Shown in pieces: positions 10,803 to 29,222 of a DNA stretch of 64,000 bases. The notes under the pieces were generated by a model. That model made no database searches. It was not told the origin of the DNA and saw nothing but the letters and a program-made list of their open reading frames with translations. Within the stretch, counting starts at the first letter, position 1. Every line of letters begins with the position of its first letter. The translations under genes were made by a program, and so were the position numbers. Origin of the DNA: the human T2T-CHM13v2.0 reference genome, Homo sapiens; NCBI RefSeq assembly GCF_009914755.1, contig NC_060939.1. The stretch is one strand, 5' to 3'.

Positions 10803-12169
10803 GTGACCAAACACATTAGCCTGCTATATGACAGTGACATTACCTATATCTTTATCTCATTCCAGTCATGGAGACTAGGGACCATGGCTTGAGAGTTTCA
10901 CCTTAAACTGTCTCGATACACTCAGTCTGGCTAACTTAGACAGGAAGAGCTCTGTGGATACTTGCTGTTAATTCAATTAAAGAAAAATGAATTCATTACC
11001 TCCTCAGTATCCTGACATATTACCTTTGTGTGCTTGCTTAAATAAGATATCCTCTTATAAAGAGCAAGGATACTTTCTATCATAGGGAATACCAGTGTCT
11101 TAGCTACTTAAGGCCCTATGTCTCAATTACTTATATCACATGAAAATACCCAATGGGCTGTTTGAAAAATATAAATTTTAGTGTGGACATTTAAATGTAT
11201 TATCATTTACTGACCAGCAAAAATGATTTTCATAGAGACAGGAAAATTTGGCTCAACCAAACACATGTTTGTAATGAACTGAAAACATGTATTTCTCGTT
11301 AAGAGTCAAGATTAGGCTCTGTTTTGTATCATAGAAAAGCAAATAACAGTGGCTTTAAGATGATAGAGGTTTATTTCTCTTTCACATGAAACAAGTTGTC
11401 TTTTAAGGACTTGTCTGGTAGCTCCATTGTGGCAGACAGCCAGGCTCTTTTATCCTTTAGGGCCACAATTCATGGTCCAAGATGCTTGCTAGAGCTCCAA
11501 GTTCCAAGCAGGAAAGGCAAGGGGGAGGCCATTACTGCCCCGAGTAAAATCCATAACTCAGCATACCACCTAACACTCAGGAGCACTCAGTACATGGTAC
11601 TCTTGGCTGTTGCTCATCTTCCGTTCTGCACAACAACAAGAAGGAGGAAGGGAAGTCGTATTTACTAATACCATACAGGGTTCTCAGGACCATGCTGGAC
11701 ATTTACACATGATTGCATTCAACTTTCATAATCCAGTGAGGGTGGTGTAGCAGCAGGTTAAGTAGGAAGTGAGGCTGTATCCACATGTGGAGGTAGGAAA
11801 TTGGAGGGGAAGGGTGGAATGTTTCCATAAGAAGCCGAAGGGCTTTCAAGAAGGAAGGGATGAAGCCTCCAACACTTGCTCTCTGAGATTCAAGTTAATA
11901 CACATTTTCAGTGTGGATCAAATGGTCCTGACGAAGGTGCAGTGGCAGGAAAGTGTTAATTATGCTCTTAGAATAAAATTGCCATGAGCATAGAAAGTGA
12001 AGAGATTAACAAATTTTAAAAAGACATTAGAAAAGCTAGCAAAAGACTTGAACAGGTGCATCGCAAATTAGGAGCTCCAAATGGTGAATGTAAAAATGTA
12101 CTCAACATCTTTAATCATCAGGGGAATACAAAACCACCTCACAATTAACACTGAGAAGTCTGATAATGC

Positions 12170-13255
12170 TGTTAACTAAAAACTCAATCAATATATAAAT
12201 TTGGAAAGGAGAGCTTTGTTTCTTATAAAGGGTTATAGCCAGCAAGGTGGCCATTCTGACAGGCTGGGAAGTGTTAGCCTTGGTCGAAGCCCAGAAACAC
12301 ACTTCAAGGGAGAGAGGGAAGGGTAAGACAGGAATTTAAGCTGAATGGTTGGCCAAGTATAGGTATTCAACAGGATACAGGAGGAGCTATGAATATTCAT
12401 GGAGGTGGTCCTAATACATGCATACTTGAATAAACATGCATATTACATATGACCCATGTTCTCTTTGCAGTGGAGACTTTTAAATGTAACATTTAAATGT
12501 AGTACAGTTAGGTTCTATATGTCAAAAGGTCTTTTCAGGACACAAAGGCACTCAAGTGTGCAGTCTCTGTAAACCAGCCAGACCAGTCCATGGTTGGTGG
12601 TCTTCTCATCAGGAGAAAGTTAACTGAAATAACTCTTGTCCAATCAAAGCTGTAGTTATGTCTTGTGGAACAGGGGGTCAGTTAGGTAGCATCTGGCGAT
12701 GGATTGAGTTGCAGATTATTTTAATATTGCTTATTTCAAGGGCAGTGCTTGTTTAGCTGCTGGAGAAAAAGAAAAACATTGTGGCAGTTGGAACAGAGTT
12801 AATTTTTTAAGTGTAGGGGAGCGTAGTGACTTAACCCTTGCATTGCATGGCCTTAGGTGTTGTTTATAGTTTGATATAGTCATAAAGAGTCCATTCTATC
12901 AGTCTTATTATCTCTATTTTAACATTAAAGCTGATCAGTTGGGCTGGATGCAGTGGCTCACACTTGTAATCCCAGCACTTTGGGAGGCTGAGGTGAGAGG
13001 ATCACTTGAGCCCAGGACTTGGAGGCTGCAAGGGAATTATGGTCATGCAACTTCACTCCAGAATGGGTGACAGAGTAAGACCCTGTCTCTAAAAAATAAA
13101 TAAATAAATACAATGCTGCTCAGTTATTGTGTCCAGATTGCAATATGACCTCTTGTCTCGTCATGACCAGGAACTCAGTTTTTAAGTCCTGTTGGCCAAG
13201 AGTGGGGGCTCCATTCAGTCAGTTGGGGGGCTTAGAATTTTATTTTTAGTTTACA
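12170..13255 (-). mobile_element. ERV1 solo LTR (MER4-group) with an Alu monomer inserted at ~12941-13110
   Basis: Minus strand starts TGTAAACTAAAAATAAAATTCTAAGCCCCCCAAC and ends TTAACA; 4-bp TSD ATGC. Confidence 0.85.
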
Positions 13256-13596
13256 ATGCCAAGTGCTGATGAGGAAGTAGAGCAACCAAGATATGAGAAT
13301 ATATGTCTGGGGAGTGGGGAGATTGGTGCAACCACTTTGGAAAATGGCATACTCCTAAAATTGAAGATAAGTATACCTTATGACTCAGTTGTTCCTTTCT
13401 AGTTACATGCCCTAGAGAAACTCATGCATATGAGCACCAAGTTACAGGTAAAAGAATGTTCAAGGTAGCATTGTCTGTAATGGTCCCAAACTGGAAACAA
13501 CTCAAGTGCCCATCAACAGAAGAATGGATATCCACACTGTGGTATATTCATGCAATAGAATACTATGCAGTCATGAAAATGAATCAACTACAGTTA

Positions 13597-13676
13597 TTAG
13601 GTTGGCGCAGAAGAAATTGTGTTTTTTTGCCATTGAAAGTAATGGCAAGAACCACAATTACTTTTGCACCAACCAA
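13597..13676. mobile_element. MADE1 (Hsmar1-derived 80-bp mariner MITE)
   Basis: Near-palindrome ttaggttggcgcag...tgcaccaaccaa, 80 bp long, flanked by a TA TSD. Confidence 0.93.
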
Positions 13677-13685
13677 TACCTCCAG

Positions 13686-14088
13686 TGTTAGGGGCTGAAT
13701 TATATCCCCCACTTCTACCTCCAAATTTGTATGTTGAAATCCCAACCCCTAGTACTGTAAAGTGTGACCATATTTGGAGATTGGGTCTTTAAAGGGGTAA
13801 TTAAATTAAAATGAGGTTATTGGATGGACCCTAATCCAATATGGCTGATGTCCTTATTAGAAGAGGAAATCTGGACACAGACATGCACAGAGAAAAGGCC
13901 ATGTAAAAACAGAGAAAATGTAGCTGTTGACAAGCCAAGGAGAGGACCTTAGGGGAAACCAACCCTGCCAACACCTTGATCTTGGGCTTCTAGCTTCCAG
14001 AACTGTGAGAGAATTAATTTCTGCTGTTTAAGCCACCCAGTCTGTGGAACTTTGTTAGGCACCCCTAACCCCCCAGCAGACTAACACA
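13686..14088 (+). mobile_element. MLT1A/B MaLR LTR
   Basis: ggaccctaatccaatatggctgatgtccttattagaagagg...ccagaactgtgagagaattaatttctgctgtttaagccacccagtctgtgg. Confidence 0.85.
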
Positions 14089-14905
14089 CCAGCAATGTGG
14101 ACAGATCTTGTAAACATGATACTGAGTGGAAGAAGGCACTAATAACATATACAGAACTATACCATTTATATAAAGTTCAAAATTAGGCAAGACCAAACTA
14201 TTGTTTAAGGTTGTGTATACAAATGGTAAAATGATGAAAGCAAGGAAGTTACCAAAAATAAGAAAATGGGAGGCGACACATAAAGGCTTCTGGGAGTGGG
14301 GGGTTGGGGTCGCCTAACAGTTCCACAGACTGGGTGGCTTAAACAGCAGAAATTAATTTGCCTGTTTCTTCACTTGGGTGCTGGTTACTCAGGTGTTCTC
14401 CCTAGAGTTGTGCACTGAACTGAACATTTATGTGTTGTGCACGTTGCAGTATTTATAATAAAATGCTGTAAAAGGAAGACAGAAGCAGGTGGGGGAAGAG
14501 GAGAAGCAGAGAGAGAAGGAACGAGGAGGGGGAAAAGGAGGGAAAGGAGGAAGGACGAGAAGCGGGAGGGGAAGAAATAAATCAGTGGGCTGGCCTCTTA
14601 CCAAGTGGTGTGGTCTAAGAGCTGTGAGACCACAGCTGTCAGTTAAAGGTGGGTCCCAAGCTCAGGTGCTGCCTCTGAGTGTGAACCTGAGCCCAGAATC
14701 TCTCCCCTAGAGAAGGGCTTAGAAACTTTGTAACCTTGGGAAAGCCAGAGTATTTTTCTGAGATTTGTTTCTACATCTTTAGACCGGGGAAGATAAACAC
14801 CTCTCAATAAATGTAAGGCTCTTCCTTTTACTAATTCAGGTCTCTGCTCTCATGTCACCTCCTCCAGGAAGCCTTCCCTAATGATCTTTTGAAAATAGCA
14901 CCTCT

Positions 14906-15068
14906 TGGCTGGGTGAGGTGGGTATGCACCTGTGGTCCCAGCTATTTGGGAGCCTGAGGCAGGAGAATCGCCTGAGCCCAGGAGGCTGGGGTTGCTATGA
15001 GTCATGATTGCACCACTGCACTCCAGCCTTGGCAGCAGAGCGAAACCCTGACAAAAAAAAAAAAAAAA
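14906..15068 (+). mobile_element. Alu right monomer (FRAM-like)
   Basis: Poly-A tail; flanking direct repeat aaaatagcacct. Confidence 0.85.
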
Positions 15069-15083
15069 GGAAAAATAGCACCT

Positions 15084-15772
<689 letters not shown>

Positions 15773-15962
15773 CTCCTTTCATTCTTTTTCCATTTATTTT
15801 TCTTTACAGTACTTAATACTGTTGATAAGTATTTATCACTGAAATTATGTCAAGTATTTGTGCATGAGGAGGAGCAGGATTTTTGTTTTGCTCCCCATTG
15901 TATTCCTAGTGCCTGAAACAGTATCTGACACATAGTAGATGCTCAATACATATTTGCAGTTA

Positions 15963-16290
<328 letters not shown>

Positions 16291-16907
16291 TTACAAACAT
16301 TAGATAATGATTTTGTGATGCCAGGCACCTGAGGCACTCAATAAATGCTCGTTCTCTCCTCCCCTTTTAGCTGAGAACCTCACCCTCATTTCCTGGAGCT
16401 GGCAGCCCCTTATCTTTTTCCTTCCCCCCTCCAACCTGGGACTGAGAAAGTGCCTACAACTGACGCCTCTGATCAGTAGCAACATTTCACCCCCTGGGGC
16501 CAATCTGGCCCATCATCTGTCCCCTCCCCACACCCTTGCCAAGGGTCACAGTCTCCCTGCCCCAGGGGAGGGTCCCTTTCCCTCAGAGGGGCCGAGCTGC
16601 CCCTGGGTGACCCAGGCTCCAAGTGCTTACAGCACTTTGGGTGCATGGACTGTTGCCTCCATTGATAATTTACTGTTGTGGGCTTAGAGTGAGGCCCTGA
16701 AAACCCGCCATAAAGGTTTCTCTCACTCCTTCACCCTCATTAATTGCTCCCGCCTCCCTGTTCTTCCCACTCAGATGCCTATATTTAGTGCTGATTTTCT
16801 TCTGCCTTGTTTAGAGTTAGTTGTTTACTTGTTTGCTTCCCCTGCCACCTCCCAGACCATGAACCCAGCTGTGAGGGGCCAGACTTTATTCATTGCTGTA
16901 CTCCCAG

Positions 16908-17869
<962 letters not shown>

Positions 17870-18700
17870 CCAGCACCTGGCACAGCACCTGAATTTTAAA
17901 TCTTATTTATTTATTTATTTATTTATAGAGACAAGTTCTTGCTCTGTCGCCTAGGCGACACTATAACATCAACCTCCTGGCCTCAAGTGATCCTCCCACT
18001 TTGGCCTCCCAAAGTGTTGGGATTATAGGTGTGAGCCACCACACCTGGCCTTAATAGACACATTTTTTTCTTTAAAGCTTCTGTTACAAAGGACAGATAA
18101 GAGGATTTCAAGAGTTAAGATGACCACAGATCAAACTTCCTTGATGTGCCATCTTCCAACTTAAATTCGAAAGCTACTTGAGACACAGAAAAAGACAAAA
18201 ACTGAGAACCATTCAGAAAACTTAGTGGTCAGTTGTTGGCCAGAGTCCAAGATGGAAATTTCCCTAATAACCTGCCACTGGGGCTGGGGGAAGTCACATG
18301 GTAGGTGGCCTGTGCATACTTTGCCCTCTAAAGTGGCCCAGAACCTGCAGACAGGAAGCTTGCAGGGAGAAGCTTAGGCCCTCATTCACTGTACAGGGCT
18401 GCACTCACCAGCAAATGGGCAGCACACTCCTAACACTCAAGTATGGTTTTCTGAGGCAGTCACTTCTGTCCACCCTCACCCCTTCCGTTAGACTGTCTCT
18501 GCCTGTGTCTGTGGGGACACTGTGGCACTCAGTACCTCTGAGCAGGGAGCAGGGCAGGACTGATGAGGAGGTGGCCTAAAAGGCACGCTCGCCTAATGCA
18601 GGGACCCTACAGATGGAAAGAGTGCGGTTTTATTTCAAAATATCTGATACACAGTAATATAGATACCTTGTAGTACTTAAATCGTATTAACCCAGTTTGA

Positions 18701-19588
<888 letters not shown>

Positions 19589-19695
19589 TGATGATTTGTT
19601 TTTATCTTCTGTAATTTGAAAAGTATATAGCTATATAGCCTATTGTTTTAATTCTGCCAACACCTTGAAGATTTTTAAAAACTTTTTTGAACCCA

Positions 19696-20087
19696 TGTAG
19701 TATAGTTTGGACTTCCCCTCCAAATCTCATGTTGAGATGTAATCCCCAATGTTGGAGGTGGGGTCTGGTGGGAGGTGTTTGAGTCATGGGGGTAAATCCC
19801 TTGATGCTTTCCCGGAGATAGTGAGTTCTCATGAGATCTGGTTGTTGTAAAGTGTGGCACCTCCCCCACGCTCTCTCTTGCTCGTGCTCTGCCATGTGAA
19901 ACAGCAGCTCTCCCTTTGCCATCTCCCATGAGTAAAAGTTTCCTGAGACCTTCCCAGAAGCCAAACAGATGCCTAGCACCAGGCTTCCTGTACACTCTGT
20001 AGAACCATGAGCCATTTAAACCTCTTTTCTTTATAAATTACCCAGTCTCAGGTGTTTCTTTACACAATGCAAGAACATCCTAACACA
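19696..20087 (+). mobile_element. MSTB-like MaLR LTR
   Basis: ccaaatctcatgttgagatgtaatccccaatgttggaggtgggg...ataaattacccagtctcagg. Confidence 0.85.
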
Positions 20088-20278
20088 CCATGTTTCTCTA
20101 TCAGATTGAAAATAAATCTACCATGTTTGCCTCCCTTCCAATATAAAGTGAGAAGTTTTTCAGGCCCTCCTTCCATATCTCTTCATTAGAGGCCTAGGTT
20201 ATCACACCTCTCTTTTTTAAAATGATATAGGTCTTCTTTTTACAAAAAATTGGTTTTAAATTTGGGATCCAAATTTTA

Positions 20279-21460
<1,182 letters not shown>

Positions 21461-21713
21461 AACATGTGCGGGTGCCCACATATGTACACACGTGTGTGCA
21501 TGTATACACATGTACATGCATATGTATATGCTGATATGGTCATCTTTGAAAAAAGACCATCAGCCATACTGTATTTCCTTAAATTCTTGATTTTCAACTT
21601 ATGTTTCAGGCAGTTGCAGAGTGTCTTTGAGTAACTTTCAGGAAGATTGCATGCTATGAGTCTCAATGTGCAGTATGTAAAACGGCCATCTTCTTTCTTA
21701 TTTTAAAATTCAT

Positions 21714-22070
<357 letters not shown>

Positions 22071-22596
22071 TGGATGCTCAATGCACTTGCCTCCTGCACT
22101 GTGGAAGAAGCCAGTTTTGTCTCCATTTGCATATGCATTTCAATCTTCCTGATCTATATGTGTGTCTGTTCTTTGCATTCTCTTTTGAACTGGTTGTAGG
22201 CTCCTACTGGGTCCCTCATTAATAATGAGTTAAATAAAATCCAGAACACATGTATATTTTAAATCTGCATGAGAATCATAATCTTTTTTGAAATTATCCT
22301 TTAACATTCCTTTCCTGAAAAGTTGAGAAACGATGTATTCGACACTATCTATGACAATGTAACAGCCATGATTTAATGATACTGATGGACAGTAGAATGT
22401 ACATATGCAGATATAGTGTGGTTAGAACTACATTTAATATTAAGAAAAAAACACTCGAAAAGATAAAATGTGTTGAATTGTTTAACATTTTTCTTTATTA
22501 TATTTTCCAAAAATTTAAAAACAGGCTGATGCTACCTTGGTAGAGAAATCCAGTGAAGCTAAACTCTAAGCCTCTGTTTTATTGAGGGATTAGTAA

Positions 22597-22878
<282 letters not shown>

Positions 22879-23016
22879 TGAGGGAACATATGATGATTAA
22901 TAGTAATAATAATAATAAATCAGTACTTGTAATGTCCCAGGAGTTGTGTCAAGCAGTATCTCATTTAACCCTTACAACAGCCCTTTGAAGTAGATACTGG
23001 TAGATGGTATTTCCAT

Positions 23017-23302
23017 TGGCTAGGTGCGGTGGCTCACGCCTATAATCCCAGGACTTTGGGAGGCTGGGATGGGAGGATTGCTTGAGACCAGCCTGGCAAC
23101 CTGGTCAGACCTTGTCTCTACAAAAAATAAAAAAAATTAACTGGGCATGGTGGCATGCACTCGTGTAATTGCAGCTGCTGGGGAGCCTGAGGCAGGAGGA
23201 TCCTTTGAGCCCAGGAGGTCAAGATTGATGTGAGCTGTGATCCCACCACTGCACTCCAGCCTGGGTGACAGAGTGAGACCCTGTCTCAAAAAAAAAAAAA
23301 AA
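23017..23302 (+). mobile_element. Alu (AluJ-like)
   Basis: Alu dimer with poly-A; flanking repeat atggtat. Confidence 0.9.
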
Positions 23303-24487
23303 ATGGTATGCCCATTTTACAGATGAGGAAACTAAGGTTAGGAAACTTAAGTGACTTGCCCAACTAGTATGTGGTGGAACCCAGACTGAGACATGGGCTC
23401 TTAACCCCCCTGCTACTGTGTGTCATGTGAGAAATGTTGGAGAGGAAGTCCTGGGATCTCCTCCTGAAGAAATTGTCCCCACTACTGGATCCAAGCCCTC
23501 AGAATCAATTCATCCGTGAAACATTCACTGAGCCTCCTCTGTGTTCCAGGCCCTGAGGATAAAACGTGATCTGAGTCTTCAAGTAACTCAGGAGCCAGGG
23601 TGAACAGCCAGGGACGGGAGTCGGCCAAAGGAGGGGCCTTGGCAGGGGTAGGGAGGGTGAGGAGGTGCTTCCAGGAGGTGGCAGCAACCTACTTGAGTCT
23701 TAAAGGACAGGAAGAGCCAGGCTGGTAAAGGGGTGAGGGTTGGGAAAAGGGCATTGAGGGCAGAAGGGCTTGAGCACAGAGGGGAAAGAAACCCCTGAGA
23801 GACACCATCAGCACACTCATTTCAGCTCTGCGGCTCACCTGCCTCCACTGTCCCCGCTTCTGCCGCTGCCCTGGTTACCAGAAGTCGTTTTGTTCAGTGG
23901 GAAGGTGGGCACAGGTCACTGCTAGGGGTGGGTACCTGAACATGCCAACCAGAGCCTCCTTTTTCCAAGATGTTTGAACATGGGTCAGATGGTCTCTCTC
24001 CAGGGCCTGACGGTGAGAGGTGCAGCCTGCAGAAGGCCTTAGCAGTGGGTGTGCAGGGGGCACCGTGAGAGTGGGCAGACCAGGCTGTCTGAGCAAGGAC
24101 TCAACACACCTCTGAGGTCCCGCTGCATGCTCAGCATGGGTCCCGGGACACATGCCAGGGCCTTCTTAACACATTTCTTGTTTCCTTTAGATTGTCCAAA
24201 TTGGGTTTCTGTCACCTGTAACCAAAGATCCTTGCTGACACAGCCCCTGAGTTGGTCAGACTCAGGAGAGGGACATTTAAACTAAGAGAGGCTCACCTAT
24301 AGATCAGGAAGCCAACTGACTCATTTCCCGTGAGAAGTGTCACGGCTCAGTGGGTCAGCCTTTCACATCATTACTGCCGGTGTCTCCTTTCCTTGGAGAA
24401 AAGCCATCTGGATTGACAACTGGCCTCTTGGAGCAGGCCCCAGGCCCAGCAAGGATCTATAGCTAGAGGCATCAAGCAAGGACTGCC

Positions 24488-25120
24488 CAAGGGTCCAAAA
24501 ACTGTTTCTGTTAAGGTCCAGACAGTGAATATTGTAGACTTTGCAGTCTCTGTTGAAACCATTCAACTCTACCACTGCAGTGTGAAAACAGCCACAGACA
24601 GCACATAAATACATGAGCATAGCTGTGTTCCAATAAAACTTTACTTATAAACATTGAAATTTGAATTTCATACAGTTTTCATGTGTCCTGATGTATTACT
24701 CTCTCTTTTTTCTTTTTTGAGACGGAGTCTTGCTCTGTTGCCCAGGCTGGAGTGCAGTGGCGCAATCTCAGCTTACTGCAACCTCTGCCTCCTGAGTTCA
24801 AGTGATTCTCCTGCCTCAGCCTCCTGAATAGCTGGAATGACAGGCACACACCACCACACCTAGCTAATTTTTGTATTTTTAGTAGAGACAGGGTTTTGCC
24901 ATGTTGGCCAGGCTGGTCTGGAACTACTGACCTCAGGTGATCCACCCGCCTCGGCCTCCCAAAGTGCTAGGATTACAGGCGTGGGCCACAATGCCTGGCC
25001 AATATATTACTCTTCTTTCAACTTTTTTAAGAACATTAAAGCCATTCTTAGCTCTCAGACCAAGCAGAAACCAGTGGTGAGGGACCAGATTTAGCTTTGC
25101 AGCCTGTAGTCTGCCTGCTG
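24488..25120. mobile_element. MER58B-like hAT MITE interrupted by an Alu (24706-25000, minus)
   Basis: tgtgttccaataaaactttacttataaacattgaaatttgaatttcata; tattactct flanks the Alu. Confidence 0.75.
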
Positions 25121-25576
25121 TTGGCCTAGGGCATGAACACGTATGCTGAGAAAGAAGATGGTTGACAAGGAGGCTGGACAACTGGGTCCATGGGCCAGGC
25201 CAGGGACACTTCTGGGGCTGCTATGCAGGCTTGTCACTCTAGCTGCTTCTTCTCTAGCCATTCAGATCACCCTCTTCAGTCTACACCCTCCTGAAGAAGA
25301 AGCTCAGGACCCATGAGTGGGCTTAAGTGCTTGGAAATGATGACATGTCTAGTCTTGCCTTCCAAAATTTAGCCTTGGACTGCCTTGATGCAGCCGCTCC
25401 TGACGCTTCTAGGGGCAGCTGTCCTGCCCCTATCCCCTGTGAAAAGCAGATTATGAAAGCCCACTCATCCCACCCCACACAACCCAGGACCCAGAGGCCA
25501 GGGAGAGAATAGGCTGGCTGCAGCCGCTGACTCATGCCCTGGCATGAAGGCATGAACTTGTTCGAGAGGGATCTTA

Positions 25577-26153
<577 letters not shown>

Positions 26154-26254
26154 TCATAGCCCCCTTCCCCTATACCTGGGGTAATCTGGGTAATCCCAAT
26201 GCTTCTCCAATACGTTCTATCAAACCAGAAGCTGTGGAGCAGGTAATTTCTTTC

Positions 26255-26675
26255 TATTTATTTATTTTTGGATTGGTATAAATTTATGGGATACAAGTAT
26301 AATTTTGTTACATGCACAGAATTCGTAGTGGTGATGTCAGGCTTTCAGGGTATCCATCACCCAAATAACATACATTGTACCCATTAAGTGAATTCTCATC
26401 ATCCATCCCCACATCCCCTTCTCTGCGTCCACTATCATTCATACTCACACCCATATGTATACATTATTTAGTTCCCACTTATGAGTGAGAACATGAGTAT
26501 TTGTCTTTCTGTGTCTGACTTTTTTCACCTAACAACCTCCAGTTCCATCCATGCTGCTGCAGAAGACACAATTTCATTCATTTTTGTGTCTGAACACGAT
26601 TCCATTGGGTATACAGATCATATTTTATTTATCCAATCATCTGTTGATGGAGACGTAGGTTGATTCCATGTCTTG
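26255..26675 (-). mobile_element. L1MA-type 3' UTR fragment
   Basis: ttcccacttatgagtgagaacatg...ccagttccatccatgctgctgcag...gttgattccatgtcttgg. Confidence 0.85.
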
Positions 26676-26886
26676 GAGGACGTCATTTCCGCTGTTGGCG
26701 GAACTCATCCTGAGCTTCTGATCTTACTCTCCAAGGGAACTCTGCACTTCATGTTGGGGACTTTTTGCTGTCTTGGTGTCTGCAGGTTGGAATCTTGCTT
26801 CAGCCACAAAATTTCACAGTTGGGTGGTCTGGGTCTCACTTCCCTCACCTCTTAAATGGCTGTCCTGCATCATGCACCATTTACTA

Positions 26887-27186
26887 TGACAATGTTGACC
26901 TTTATCTGAGCCCTGTGCCTCCAGAAGGCAGCGACGATAAAGTTCTCCAACCTCTTTAAGTTCCAAGGAAAGAGCTAAGCCACAAAGGACCACCTTAAGC
27001 TCGCATCCCAAGGAAATACGGATCTCCATCCTTTCTTACTATTCCCTAAGATTCGCTGATGACTCCATTGTTTACCTGCCTCTCTAAAACCCCAGTCCCC
27101 TTTGAGATGCTCCTCATTAATGAACGTTCTCCCTATTGCAATGGCCTGAATGAAATCTTAACTGTCTGGGGCTTTTGGCGTTCACA
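26887..27186 (+). mobile_element. ERV1 LTR remnant (MER34/MER39-like) abutting the CpG island
   Basis: tgacaatgttgacctttatctgagccctgtgc...ctccctattgcaatggcctgaatgaaatc. Confidence 0.5.
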
Positions 27187-27209
27187 ATGACCATAATTGT
27201 GCTGTTGTA

Positions 27210-27760
27210 AGCGTCAATCGGGGGCGCAGCCGGAGTCCCAGGTCCCAGTCCTGGCTTCCCCATGTCAGGCTTCCCCTTCGGGCCGGTTTCAGGTCTCAAT
27301 TGGGAGCTCCCTAAGGGCCCCTGGCTTAGAATATGTGTGAGTGGCAACCCAGTCCCTCAACCCCTGCGCGGGGAGCCGGGGCAGAGCGAACTGCTGTAAC
27401 TTTCGCACGCCGCCACCAGAGGGCGGCGGCTCCGCGGAGGAGGGCCCCAGCCTCTGCGCCGGCTCGCGCCCGCAGTGCCTTTAAAACGTGCGTTGGAAGT
27501 AGACGCCACGCAGCCTGCTTTCCAGAGTCCCGGCGTTTCCCCTCTTCCACCGCTGCACTCCAGGGGCCTCCCTTACGCGTCCGCACGCGGCGAGTCCTTC
27601 CACTATGCAGGGCGCGCCGCAGGACTCTTGAGTGGGCGGGAAGGCTGGAAAGCCAGCCTGGAGCTTCTGGTCTCTAGTGCTGTGCAGGGCACAAGGTCCC
27701 TGCCCCTCCCGCGGCCGCTGGCCTCTCTTCTCCTTAAGCCAGGTCGAAGGATTCCTGAGG
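27210..27760. promoter_or_regulatory. Orphan CpG island
   Basis: High GC and CpG density in non-repeat sequence, with no adjacent coding exon. Confidence 0.85.
27410..27428 (+). promoter_or_regulatory. CTCF motif
   Basis: cgCCACCAGAGGGCGGCg matches the CCASYAGRKGGC consensus. Confidence 0.85.
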
Positions 27761-27952
27761 CAGCGGGAAATGGGGAGGAGGGACAGGAGTCCCAAGACCA
27801 CTGTCTTGGGTGCGGGATTTAACCAGTCACACCCGTCAGCCCCTTGGAACGTCACAGTGTTCCCTTAAAGTGGGCAAGACAAGAACTGTTGCCCCGTCTG
27901 AAAGTGGGCAAACGGGCTCCCAAAGAAAAAAGTTGATTAGGAGAGCTAGTAA

Positions 27953-28826
<874 letters not shown>

Positions 28827-29075
28827 GTGTTTGCTTTTTAAAGTGCATATGTCTACATACACATTTTAGAGGCAAATAGAAATACAAAAGCCAAACTGTC
28901 CACAGTGGCTGTCTGTGGCAGTTGGAGTAGCAGTAATGGAAATTGCATTTTCTCTGTATTGTCCAAAATATTCACTACTAGCATATATAAATCAGAAAGA
29001 GGAGCAATGATTCAGGACTTCTGTTTGACAAAATGATAATAATAATAATTCCTCTTTAAATAATTGGAAAATACA

Positions 29076-29222
29076 GGCTGGATGCAGTGGCTCATGCCTG
29101 TAATCCTAGCACTTTCGGAGGCCGAGGTGGGAGGATCCCTTGAGCCCGGGAGTTTGAAACCAGCCTGGGCAACATGTCAAAACTCCATCTCTACAAAATA
29201 AAAAATAAAAATAAATAAAAAT
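29076..29222 (+). mobile_element. FLAM / Alu left monomer
   Basis: Monomer with an A-rich tail. Confidence 0.85.

Larger units (their letters stand above)
12000..14470 (+). mobile_element. Ancient L1M 3' end, interrupted by a MER4-like LTR, MADE1 and an MLT1 LTR
   Basis: L1 3' motifs such as ctggaaacaactcaagtgcccatcaacagaagaatggata and ggtatattcatgcaatagaatactatgcag. Confidence 0.8.

Noticed and set aside
14489-14580. Purine-rich GA tract
   Set aside because: Low-complexity decayed L1 tail region with no clear mirror symmetry.
27409-27420. Perfect Kozak context GCCGCCACC
   Set aside because: Followed by AGA, not ATG; better explained as part of the CTCF motif.
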